From an uncultured Eubacteriales bacterium (lineage in GTDB: Bacteria; Bacillota; Clostridia; TANB77; CAG-508): a DNA stretch of 64,000 bases. This document shows, piece after piece, positions 45,554-54,659 of the stretch. The stretch covers positions 15,244-79,243 of the forward strand of contig CASEIZ010000069.1 in the NCBI GenBank assembly GCA_949288185.1. Reading direction: 5' to 3'. A model generated the notes under the pieces. That model did no database searches. It saw only the letters and a program-made list of their open reading frames with translations, and was not told where the DNA came from. The position numbers and the translations under genes are program-made. Each line of letters begins with the position of its first letter. Position 1 is the stretch's first letter.

Positions 45554-46498
45554 TTAATCATTCATTTCTTTTTCTCCATTATATTCATTTACTAAATATA
45601 ATGGTCTATTTTTACTTTCATTAAAGATTCTTCCTAAATATTCTCCTATAATTCCAATCAATAATATTTGTATTCCTGAGAAAAATAGGATTAATAATAT
45701 AATTGCTTGATATGCTTGAATCATTGTATTCGTTACAATACATTTTGCAATCACATATACAAAATATACAAATAACACAATAAATGTTGGTATACTAATA
45801 TATGTAGATATTCTAAGTGGTGATGTCGTAAATGATGTAATTCCATCAATCGCTAAATCTACCAACTTTTTGTAATTCCATTTTGTTTTTCCTGCAATTC
45901 TTGGGTCTCTATCATATAATACTTCTTTTTTCTTATAACCAATCCAACTAAACATACTTTTAGATTGTCTTTGAGATTCTCTCATTTTTTTCAATGCATT
46001 CACACATCTTCTGTCTAATAATCTAAAATCACCTGTATCTTCTTGAATTGGTATATTAGTTAAGTGTTGTAAAACTCTATAATACATTTTAGATGTGAAT
46101 TTTTTTAGCCAAGTTTCTCCTTTTCTTGAGTTTCTTTTGGCATAAACATCATCATAACCTTCTTCCCAATATTTTACCAATTCTGGAATCAATTCTGGTG
46201 GATCTTGTAAATCTGCATCCATAAAAATGACACAGTCTCCTGTTGCATAATCTAATCCTGCAACCATGGCAATTTCTTTTCCAAAGTTTCTAGAAAAATC
46301 CACATAACTAATTCTATTGTCTTTTTCTCTATATTCTTTTATTAAGTTAATTGTATTATCTTTACTTCCATCATTGACAAATAAGATTTCAAATTCATAA
46401 TGCTCCATAGAGCTCATTAATTTTTCTAATCTTTCATATAATGGTGGTAATGATTCTTCTTCATTATATGCTGGTATGATTATGGTTATTTTTTTCAT
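45554..46498 (-). CDS. GT2 polyprenyl-phosphate glycosyltransferase (GtrB/CsbB-like)
   Basis: N-terminal GT2 catalytic domain (IIIPAYNEEESL…VNDGSKDNT…FMDADLQDPPE) and two C-terminal TM helices, as in GtrB. Confidence 0.85.
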   Translation of the reverse strand: MKKITIIIPAYNEEESLPPLYERLEKLMSSMEHYEFEILFVNDGSKDNTINLIKEYREKDNRISYVDFSRNFGKEIAMVAGLDYATGDCVIFMDADLQDPPELIPELVKYWEEGYDDVYAKRNSRKGETWLKKFTSKMYYRVLQHLTNIPIQEDTGDFRLLDRRCVNALKKMRESQRQSKSMFSWIGYKKKEVLYDRDPRIAGKTKWNYKKLVDLAIDGITSFTTSPLRISTYISIPTFIVLFVYFVYVIAKCIVTNTMIQAYQAIILLILFFSGIQILLIGIIGEYLGRIFNESKNRPLYLVNEYNGEKEMND

Positions 46499-46551
46499 TT
46501 ATTTCACTTCCTTGTTTATTTCTTTCTTATTATCTAGAAGAATTCCATTCC

Positions 46552-46974
46552 TTAACTCTCGTTCTTCTTATTTTTAAATGCAAAAAATTTACTAATAAAA
46601 AAGTTTAATATAACAACAATCACCGTTATGGTTATTTTTGTTATAACATATTCTACACCTAATACTGTATAAAGCAAGAATACACCTGCCATTTCCAGTA
46701 TCATTGTAAAAGTTCTACCTAATATAAATTTAAAAAATTCTATCCATTTCTCTTTTGCAGTTTCTGCTATGGAATTAAATACCATTTTTCGATTGGTAAA
46801 ATAGGCAAATAAAATAGATATGATAATTCCGATTGTACTTGCTAGATTTCCTTCAACTTGAAATGCCTTTACCAATATTGTTGAAACACCTATATTAATT
46901 AGTGTTGTTAATACTCCAAATATTAAATATGATATAGTTTCTCTTGTACATACTTTTTTTATAATTTTTTCCAT
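46552..46974 (-). CDS. GtrA-family small membrane protein (glycolipid flippase-like)
   Basis: 140 aa, four TM helices, GtrA-like sequence, directly downstream of the GtrB-like gene. Confidence 0.75.
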   Translation of the reverse strand: MEKIIKKVCTRETISYLIFGVLTTLINIGVSTILVKAFQVEGNLASTIGIIISILFAYFTNRKMVFNSIAETAKEKWIEFFKFILGRTFTMILEMAGVFLLYTVLGVEYVITKITITVIVVILNFFISKFFAFKNKKNES

Positions 46975-47041
46975 TGTTTTTTCACTTTCTCATTTCTAAA
47001 ATTTCATTAATTATTATATACTAAGCTCATATTTTCGTCAA

Positions 47042-47089
47042 GACAAATCTCGCTTCGCGAGAACTTCTCTACTTTTTTTATTTAACTAT
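47042..47089 (+). repeat. ~50-bp repeat copy 2
   Basis: AGACAAATCTCGCTTCGCGAGAACTTCTCTACTTTTTTTATTTAACTAT, matching 40506-40555. Confidence 0.8.
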
Positions 47090-47090
47090 T

Positions 47091-47121
47091 CAACAAAAAA
47101 GAATCACCTAATTAGTGATTC
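47091..47121 (-). terminator. Terminator of glf
   Basis: GAATCAC-ctaatta-GTGATTC with TTTTTTG on the minus strand. Confidence 0.55.
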
Positions 47122-48227
47122 TCTCCCTTGACTTTTTCTACTAAATTCAAAGCCTCTTCAATAATTTTATCCATATCATAATATTTATATTGTCCTAGAC
47201 GTCCTCCAAATATAACATTTTCTTCTTTATCAGCCAATTCTTTATATTGATTATATAAATTCATATTTTTCTCGTCATTAACTGGATAATATGCTTCATC
47301 TCCTATTTTCCATGTACTTGGATATTCTTTTGTAATAACCGTTCCTTTACAATCATTAAATTCAAAATGCTTGTGTTCTATAATTCTTGTATATGCTTCT
47401 TTTTTAGATGTAAAGTTCATAACAGCAACGCCTTGATAATTATCTACATCTTCTAAAATTTCTTGCTCAAATCTTAAACTTCTATATTCTAAAGTTCCTA
47501 ATTTATAGTTGTAAAATTCATCAATCATTCCTGTAAACAATATTTTTTCAGCCATATTATCATATTTTTCTTTATCTTTTAAGTAATCTACTCCTAATTC
47601 TATATCTACATTTTCTAACATTTTCTCTATAATCTTGTTATATCCTCCTATTGGGATTCCTTGATAACGGTCATTGAAATAATTGTTATCAAATGTAAAT
47701 CTTACTGGTAATCTTTTTATGATAAATGCAGGTAAATCTTTACAATCTCTTCCCCATTGTTTTTCTGTATATTCTTTTACCAATTTTTTGTAAATATCTT
47801 CTCCTACTAAAGAAATGGCTTGCTCTTCTAAATTGCTTGGTTCTTTTCCTTTTAAGACTTGTTTTTGTTCTTCAATTTTTTCTTTTGCTTCTTCAGGTGT
47901 TACAATTCCCCATAATTTTGTAAATGTATTCATATTAAATGGCATATTGTATAGTTCACCATTAAAATTGGCAATTGGAGAATTTACATAATTATTAAAT
48001 TCTACAAATTGATTCACATAGTCCCATATTTTTTTATTTTTGGTATGAAAAATATGTGCCCCATATTTATGTACATTAATTCCATTGATTTCTTCACAAT
48101 AAATGTTTCCTCCTATATGATTTCTTCTATCAATAACCAGACATTTTTTATTTTCTTTTGCCATTTCATAAGCAAAAGTTGCTCCAAATAATCCTGCTCC
48201 AATAATTACATAATCATATTTTTTCAT
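47112..48227 (-). CDS. glf: UDP-galactopyranose mutase
   Basis: N-terminal FAD fold MKKYDYVIIGAGLFGATFA and conserved Glf blocks (…NIYCEE…GAHIFHT…). Length 371 aa. Confidence 0.92.
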   Translation of the reverse strand: MKKYDYVIIGAGLFGATFAYEMAKENKKCLVIDRRNHIGGNIYCEEINGINVHKYGAHIFHTKNKKIWDYVNQFVEFNNYVNSPIANFNGELYNMPFNMNTFTKLWGIVTPEEAKEKIEEQKQVLKGKEPSNLEEQAISLVGEDIYKKLVKEYTEKQWGRDCKDLPAFIIKRLPVRFTFDNNYFNDRYQGIPIGGYNKIIEKMLENVDIELGVDYLKDKEKYDNMAEKILFTGMIDEFYNYKLGTLEYRSLRFEQEILEDVDNYQGVAVMNFTSKKEAYTRIIEHKHFEFNDCKGTVITKEYPSTWKIGDEAYYPVNDEKNMNLYNQYKELADKEENVIFGGRLGQYKYYDMDKIIEEALNLVEKVKGENH

Positions 48228-48297
48228 TTTGTTTCTCCTTTTCTTGTTTTTTCTTTACTATATCATTAAATATAAAAAAGTACAATGATTTACTATA

Positions 48298-48350
48298 AAA
48301 ATAACCCCAAATTATTAAACAAAATTTAATAATTTGGGGTTATTTTAATT
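48298..48350 (-). terminator. Terminator of the lectin-lysozyme gene
   Basis: Perfect ~20-bp palindrome AATAACCCCAAATTATTAAA/TTTAATAATTTGGGGTTATT followed by a T-run. Confidence 0.65.
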
Positions 48351-48378
48351 TTCTATTAAAATGTTCATTCAAGGTCTA

Positions 48379-51249
48379 TTATTTATATTTATAATATTTA
48401 TCCATATCTACTGGACCTTTAATCCCTTCTACTGTTCCTTTACTTGTATATTGCCACATAACAAATTTCTTAGTGTAATTACATGTCGCATTCCATTGTG
48501 CTACCCATTTATTATATGTATCTAATCTTGAATCATTTAATTTAGTCGTTAACCAATTTAAGTTTGCATACACGCCTGTTTTATATCCATTGTCTTTCAT
48601 GATATCACAAAAAGTGATACACATATCGACTAATGTACGATTTGATGGCATGCCATTTCTTGCTTTATATCCATCTGCATCTTCCATATCAAACCAAATT
48701 CCTAATTCTGGATTATGACCTTTTATTAATCTTAATGCATGTGCTGCTTCTGATTTAGCTCCTTCCACATTTAATGCATAAGAATATAGATAAATTCCAT
48801 AAGGTATGTTTAATCTTTCACATTCAGCAATATTTCTAGCAAATTGCTTATCATCTTGTGAAGGATCATTTTTTCCATATCCACAACGGATAATCGCAAA
48901 ATCGATTCCATCTTTTTTTACGGCATCCCAATTGATAGTTCCTTGATGATCAGAAACATCAACTCCTGTTAACACTTCTATTTTATTTAATTTGAACTGT
49001 TGTGATTTATTATTTTTCTTACTATTAATTTCAATATTTGTACAATTAGCTGTTTTTCCACCTGCTACAGTTAAATATTTATTACTACATTTTGAAATAA
49101 AACTATAATATCCATTTCCTAAATCTTGAATTGCCCACTTTTGTGCATCTGATCCATTATAATTACATTGCCATACATTTGTTCCGTTTGCAGTTTTTCC
49201 ATCTGCTACATCCAAATATTTTCCTGAATGATCAAATTTAATAGTATAATATCCATCTCCTTGATATTGAATATGGACTCTTTGGCAATTACAATCATTT
49301 CTTTGATAAATTTGTACATTTCCCCCTGAAATTTGGCTTGCTTCTAGTACTTCTACTACTTTATTACTATCTAATGCCAATTCAATTTCATAAAGTCCAT
49401 CTTCTACTGTTTTTGTTGCGGTTGTATTTCCAATTTTATTTAATTTAAATTGTTGTGATTTATTATTTTTGTTACTATTAATTTCTATATTTGTACATTT
49501 TGTTGTTTTTCCACCTGCTACAGTAAGGTATGTTCCAGTACATTTTGATATAAGATGATAATATCCATTTCCTAAATCTTTAATTACCCATTTTTGGGCA
49601 TCTGATCCATTATAATTACATTGCCATACATTTGTCCCATTTGTAGTTTCTCCATCTGCTACATCTAAATATTTTCCTGAATGTTGAAATTGTATTGTAT
49701 AATACCCATCACCTGTGTATTTAATGTTTACTCTTTGACATTTTGCGTTATTTCTTGGAAAAATTTGAACATTTCCTCCTGAATAAGTAACTGCATCTAC
49801 AACCTCAACCACTTTATTACTATCTAATGCCAATTCAATTTCATAAAGTCCATCTTCTACTGTCTTTGTACCTTTTACAGTCTCAACCTTTTTTAATTTA
49901 AATTGTTGTGATTTATCATTTTTCTTACTATTGATTTCTATATTTGTACATTTTGTTGTTTTTCCACCTGCTACAGTAAGATATGTTCCTGTACATTTCG
50001 ATATAAGATTGTAATATCCGTTTCCTAAATCTTTAATTACCCATTTTTGGGCATCTGATCCATTATAATTGCATTGCCATACATTGGTTCCATTTGTGGT
50101 TTCTCCATCTGCTACATCTAAATATTTTCCTGAATGTTGGAATTGTATCGTATAATATCCATCACCTGTATATTTAATGTTTACTCTTTGGCATTTTGCA
50201 TTATTTCTTTGGAAGATTTGAACATTTCCTCCTGAATATTTAACTGCATCAACTACCTCAACCACTTTATTACTGTCTAATGCTAATTCAATTTCATAAA
50301 GTCCATTTTCTACTGTCTTTGTACCTTTTACAGTCTCAACCTTTTTTAATTTAAATTGTTGTGATTTATCATTTTTCTTACTATTGATTTCTATATTTGT
50401 ACATTTTGTTGTTTTTCCATTTGCAACAGTTAAATATTTATTACTACATTTAGAAATCAAACTATAATATCCATTTCCTAAATCCTGAATCGCCCATTTT
50501 TGTGCATCTGAACCATTATATCTACATTGCCATACATTAGTTTTATCAGCTGTTTTTCCATCTGCTACATCTAAATACATTCCTGAATGTTGAAATTGTA
50601 TTGTATAATATCCATTTCCTACATATTTAATATTTACTTTTTGGCATTTTGCATTATTTCTTTGGAAAATTTGAACATTTCCTCCTGAATATTTAACTGC
50701 ATCAACTACCTCAACCACTTTGTTACTATCTAGTGCTAACTCAATTTCATAAACACCATCTGCAATTGTTTGTGTTCCTGCTTTCGTTTGTGCTTTTATA
50801 TCTGTTTCTGGAAGTTCATTAAGCACTTGTATTTCTTGGTTAACAGATTCATTTTCCTCTGTTTTTATCATTTCATCTGAAGTTTCATTCGTTGTATTTG
50901 TATCTTCTTGTTTATTATCTTCTAGTGCATTTCCTGTTTCATCTTCTATAGTTTCATTTTCATCATCTTTTATCGTTTCATCTGTTTCATCTTCTTTTAT
51001 TGTTTCTTCTGTCTCATCATCTTTTACAACTTCTTCATCTTCTTTTTGATTTTCTCCATCTTCTATAATATTCTCGTTGTTTTGATTGTCTTTATCATCT
51101 ATTGTATTTTCATTTTTTGTCTCATTTACACTTTTTTCTTCTACTGTTTGATTTTCTGTATGATTATATTGATAAGCAAAAACTGAAAAATTGCTTGTTA
51201 ATAACATGATAATCACAATCGATACAAAAATAATTTTTAATTTTTTCAT
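48379..51249 (-). CDS. Secreted GH25 muramidase with four tandem ricin-B (beta-trefoil) lectin domains and an acidic N-terminal region
   Basis: Signal peptide and an Asp/Glu-rich low-complexity region. Four ~147-aa repeats, each with three QxW-like motifs (NVQIFQRNNAKCQ, NVWQCNYNGSDAQKW, KSQQFKL). C-terminal GH25 domain (GVDVSDHQGTINWDAVKKDGIDFAIIRCGYG…). Confidence 0.85.
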   Translation of the reverse strand: MKKLKIIFVSIVIIMLLTSNFSVFAYQYNHTENQTVEEKSVNETKNENTIDDKDNQNNENIIEDGENQKEDEEVVKDDETEETIKEDETDETIKDDENETIEDETGNALEDNKQEDTNTTNETSDEMIKTEENESVNQEIQVLNELPETDIKAQTKAGTQTIADGVYEIELALDSNKVVEVVDAVKYSGGNVQIFQRNNAKCQKVNIKYVGNGYYTIQFQHSGMYLDVADGKTADKTNVWQCRYNGSDAQKWAIQDLGNGYYSLISKCSNKYLTVANGKTTKCTNIEINSKKNDKSQQFKLKKVETVKGTKTVENGLYEIELALDSNKVVEVVDAVKYSGGNVQIFQRNNAKCQRVNIKYTGDGYYTIQFQHSGKYLDVADGETTNGTNVWQCNYNGSDAQKWVIKDLGNGYYNLISKCTGTYLTVAGGKTTKCTNIEINSKKNDKSQQFKLKKVETVKGTKTVEDGLYEIELALDSNKVVEVVDAVTYSGGNVQIFPRNNAKCQRVNIKYTGDGYYTIQFQHSGKYLDVADGETTNGTNVWQCNYNGSDAQKWVIKDLGNGYYHLISKCTGTYLTVAGGKTTKCTNIEINSNKNNKSQQFKLNKIGNTTATKTVEDGLYEIELALDSNKVVEVLEASQISGGNVQIYQRNDCNCQRVHIQYQGDGYYTIKFDHSGKYLDVADGKTANGTNVWQCNYNGSDAQKWAIQDLGNGYYSFISKCSNKYLTVAGGKTANCTNIEINSKKNNKSQQFKLNKIEVLTGVDVSDHQGTINWDAVKKDGIDFAIIRCGYGKNDPSQDDKQFARNIAECERLNIPYGIYLYSYALNVEGAKSEAAHALRLIKGHNPELGIWFDMEDADGYKARNGMPSNRTLVDMCITFCDIMKDNGYKTGVYANLNWLTTKLNDSRLDTYNKWVAQWNATCNYTKKFVMWQYTSKGTVEGIKGPVDMDKYYKYK
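49010..50790. repeat. Four near-identical tandem ~441-bp DNA repeats encoding the ricin-B domains
   Basis: The protein repeats are nearly identical (e.g. LYEIELALDSNKVVEVVDAVKYSGGNVQIF…), which implies recent duplication or ongoing gene conversion. Confidence 0.75.
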
Positions 51250-52486
51250 TTACTGATTCCCCTCTTTCTTCAACCTTTTCTCCTTTTGATAACCTATAAC
51301 AAAAAATATAAATAATATAAAGAATAACACTACCATAATAGATGTACTTGCCATTGTTGCCCCTAAAATTCCTTGTGTTTCTACTAAAACATTTGAAATG
51401 AAAAATGCAAACACTGCAGAAATCACATAGGCAATTGTTGTATTTTTTTGTCTTCGGATTGTTCCTAATGCATAAAAGATAACAGTCGAAGCTGCATAGA
51501 ATAATCCAGAAAGGATTAATAAGAACAATTCTAATCTATGTGCTTGTAAGTCTATACCATATAACCATCCTAATATTGGGATTCCTAATGTTAATGCTGC
51601 TATTTCTATCACTGCTGTAACACCTGTTAAAAATAGAATAATCAATCCAATGGTTTTAATAAATTTCTTGTATTCTCCTTGATTCCAATATTCTCCAAAT
51701 GGTTTCAAAAATGGCTTCATGATAAAAATACTTACCAAATTAATAACAAATGTTGGCATATATAATACATTAAAATATGTTTGCATGGTATTATCTCCAT
51801 ACATATCAATTGCATATTTTACTGCATTAATAACATACATACTCACTAATGTTGAAATTCCTAACGGCATACATTCTTTTACAATTGTTTTAACATTTTC
51901 ATATCGTAACTTTAAGTCTTCTTTCTTCATTTTTGTCAAGCGAAAATCATACAGAAAAATAACAAGAATGTTTGTTAATAACATTGCACTAAAAGAAATA
52001 TAAATATTTTTTGTAATAATATCAAAAATACCAAATACGATAATAGCTAATGTATTTCTGAAAAGCAATGCCTTTCCTGCCATATCTAGTCTACCGTCTT
52101 AGTTGAAACTCAGCCTGAAAAGTTTCACTAAAATTATCAATTACCCTAATCAATATTAAAATAAAACATATAAATAATTTTTCATTGGTATATCCACTCG
52201 CAATGACAAATATGACAGCTACTGCGAGCATTAAAATAACAGCCAAACATCTTGAAAAGAAATAATCTGAAAAGCTGTATTTTCGATTAGTATCTGTTAC
52301 TTGATAAATTCTAATGCCCATATCCCCAATAGCATTTAAGATACAGCCTGTTGCATAACTAATTGAAAATATTCCTGCGATTTCTGTTCCATTTAATCTT
52401 GTACAAAAAATCAGAAGAATTGCATTTAAAAGTGAATATACGAAACTTCCTGCGGTATTCCATATAAAACCTGATTTTTTCTCCAT
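51250..52486 (-). pseudogene. wzx: Wzx-type polysaccharide flippase split into two ORFs (131 aa and 277 aa)
   Basis: The 52091-52486 piece has 4 TM and the 51250-52083 piece about 8 TM, together a 12-TM Wzx/PST-family protein. A TAG stop plus a +1 frame change occur at ~52085-52095, next to a small hairpin GAAACT-cagcctgaaa-AGTTTC. Confidence 0.55.
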
Positions 52487-52498
52487 ATTTCCATTCCT

Positions 52499-53545
52499 TT
52501 ACCATTTAATATCAATTTTAAATGTATTCAATATCCATTTGTATACTGCTAAAAATGCTTTGTATAGATGTAATACATAAACTTTTTTCACAATGGCTAC
52601 TTTTAAATTTGCCCCTTTATGTTTTAAAGAATATGTAATATTTAAATATTTTGATTTTCTCCATTTTGGAAATTCTTTATTTAAATATTCTCTATTATCT
52701 TTTAATACTTGTTTAAAGTTTTCTTTGTCTGATGACATTCTAAACATTAAAGAAATTCCAAAGTGTAGAAAAGCCATAACATCAATAACTTCTAACATCT
52801 TTTTGCCTTGTTCATCTTGTTCATAAATATGTTTAATGTCTACCATTGCTCTTTCTGTTGACTCAATTTGTTCTTTTTTGATTTGTCCCATAATAGAATC
52901 TTGTCTTACCATATAGTAATATAATGGGTCATTAATAAATGTAATCGTTTTTGTATTTAGGTAAACTAATAATAAAAACATCATATCATCTAAAATTCTT
53001 GGTGGATTTTCCAAATTCTTCATGTTTTTCAATAATTCTGCTTTATATAATTTATTCCATAATGCTGTATTAATAGATAATATTTCTTCTGGATTCACAT
53101 TCATATCAATTTTTTTACCTTCAAATCCTGTCATTTCTGTAGAATATATATGTTCTGTATCTGTATCCACACGATAAAACCCTGAAACAGATATATCTGA
53201 ATTATCCTTTTTTGCTGCATTATATAGTTTTTCTGCATAATCTAATGTCACATAATCATCAGAATCTGTAAAAGTGATGTATTCACCAGTAGCTGCTCTT
53301 ATTCCGTCAAATCTTCCTTTCCAAACCCCTTCATTTTTCTTGTCAATAATGACAATATTTTTATCTGTATATTTTTCTTTATATTCTTTTAAAATTTGTA
53401 AACAATTGTCTGGAGACCCATCATTAATACAAATAATTTCTACTCCATCTAATGTTTGATTTACTAATGAATCCATACTTCTTCTTAAATATTTTTCAAC
53501 TTTATATACTGGTACAATAATACTTACTTTTATTTTTTTATCCAT
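52499..53545 (-). CDS. GT2 family glycosyltransferase
   Basis: VSIIVPVYKVEKYL…VNQTLDGVEIICINDGSPDN…TDSDD. Length 348 aa. Confidence 0.8.
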   Translation of the reverse strand: MDKKIKVSIIVPVYKVEKYLRRSMDSLVNQTLDGVEIICINDGSPDNCLQILKEYKEKYTDKNIVIIDKKNEGVWKGRFDGIRAATGEYITFTDSDDYVTLDYAEKLYNAAKKDNSDISVSGFYRVDTDTEHIYSTEMTGFEGKKIDMNVNPEEILSINTALWNKLYKAELLKNMKNLENPPRILDDMMFLLLVYLNTKTITFINDPLYYYMVRQDSIMGQIKKEQIESTERAMVDIKHIYEQDEQGKKMLEVIDVMAFLHFGISLMFRMSSDKENFKQVLKDNREYLNKEFPKWRKSKYLNITYSLKHKGANLKVAIVKKVYVLHLYKAFLAVYKWILNTFKIDIKW

Positions 53546-53898
53546 TATTTTTTCTCCTTCTCTTCTTCATTTTCATGTTCATTGATTGCAATATGATGTG
53601 CAATGTCTTTTATTTTTTCATTTAATTCTGTTATTTTTAAATTGTTCAAATACACTTCTATTAACAAAAATGCAATAACAATCACAAATACAAAGTTTAC
53701 GGGTGCTTCAAACCCTAAACCTGTTGCACACCATTCTACCACTCCAGAAAAGACACTCATAAAGATAAGTAAAAAGCTTCCTAACATCCAAACAATTGCA
53801 TTTTCTACTTTTAATTTTGCTTGTTTAATCTTTTTGATACATAAAATACAAGAAATGATAGAACTAACAATTAATATAGCTCTTAATGTTACTGACAT
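53545..53898 (-). CDS. DUF2304-like small membrane protein
   Basis: 117 aa, three TM helices, charged C-terminal tail. This family is typically paired with the short GT2 gene next to it. Confidence 0.55.
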   Translation of the reverse strand: MSVTLRAILIVSSIISCILCIKKIKQAKLKVENAIVWMLGSFLLIFMSVFSGVVEWCATGLGFEAPVNFVFVIVIAFLLIEVYLNNLKITELNEKIKDIAHHIAINEHENEEEKEKK

Positions 53899-53948
53899 AA
53901 TTACTTCCTCTCTTTCTTTTTATTATATAGAAAAAATCTTTGCTTTCC

Positions 53949-54644
53949 TTAACCCACTCTTTTCTTACGTGTTAAATTTCTGATTAAGAATATAGAGAAA
54001 AACATATTTGCCATATATTTTACAGATTTTAATGGACTTAAATAAGATTCTCCAAATTCTCTTTCTTTCATTTCCACTTGTATTTCCTTGACTTTCATGT
54101 TCTTTTTTAACATATATACAAGGGTATCTGGTTCTGGTGTTAAACTAGCATCTGACACAAACGCTTCAATTGCTTGTCTATCATATGCTCTCATTCCAGA
54201 AGTAGGATCTGTTATTTTTTTAGATGTTGTTAGTCTAATTGCAAAACTAATGAATCTGCTTCCTAACATTCTCATGGAAAGTGGTTTCTTTTCTTCAACA
54301 AATCTTGACCCAATCGCAATATTGGCATTTCCTTCTTCAATTTCTTTTACCAAATCTTTTAAATATTTTGCCTGATGTTGACCATCACCATCAAATTGAA
54401 TAGCAATATCATAATCATTTCGATATGCATATTTCATACCTAATTGTATACCACTTGTTAATCCATAATTTACTGGCAAAGATAACACATGATATCCATT
54501 TTTTTGACAAACCTCTAAAGTGTTATCTTTTGAACAGTCATTAATGATAATATAATCGTAATTTGTATTTTCTTTTATATCTGATATTGTTTTTTCTATA
54601 TTCAGTGCTTCATTATATGCTGGCACAATAATTAAAGTTTTCAT
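53949..54644 (-). CDS. GT2 family glycosyltransferase (short, DPM1/GtrB-like catalytic domain only)
   Basis: LIIVPAYNEALNIEKT…IIINDCSKDNT…FDGDGQH. Length 231 aa, no TM. Confidence 0.8.
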   Translation of the reverse strand: MKTLIIVPAYNEALNIEKTISDIKENTNYDYIIINDCSKDNTLEVCQKNGYHVLSLPVNYGLTSGIQLGMKYAYRNDYDIAIQFDGDGQHQAKYLKDLVKEIEEGNANIAIGSRFVEEKKPLSMRMLGSRFISFAIRLTTSKKITDPTSGMRAYDRQAIEAFVSDASLTPEPDTLVYMLKKNMKVKEIQVEMKEREFGESYLSPLKSVKYMANMFFSIFLIRNLTRKKRVG

Positions 54645-54659
54645 TCTTGTATTTCTCCT

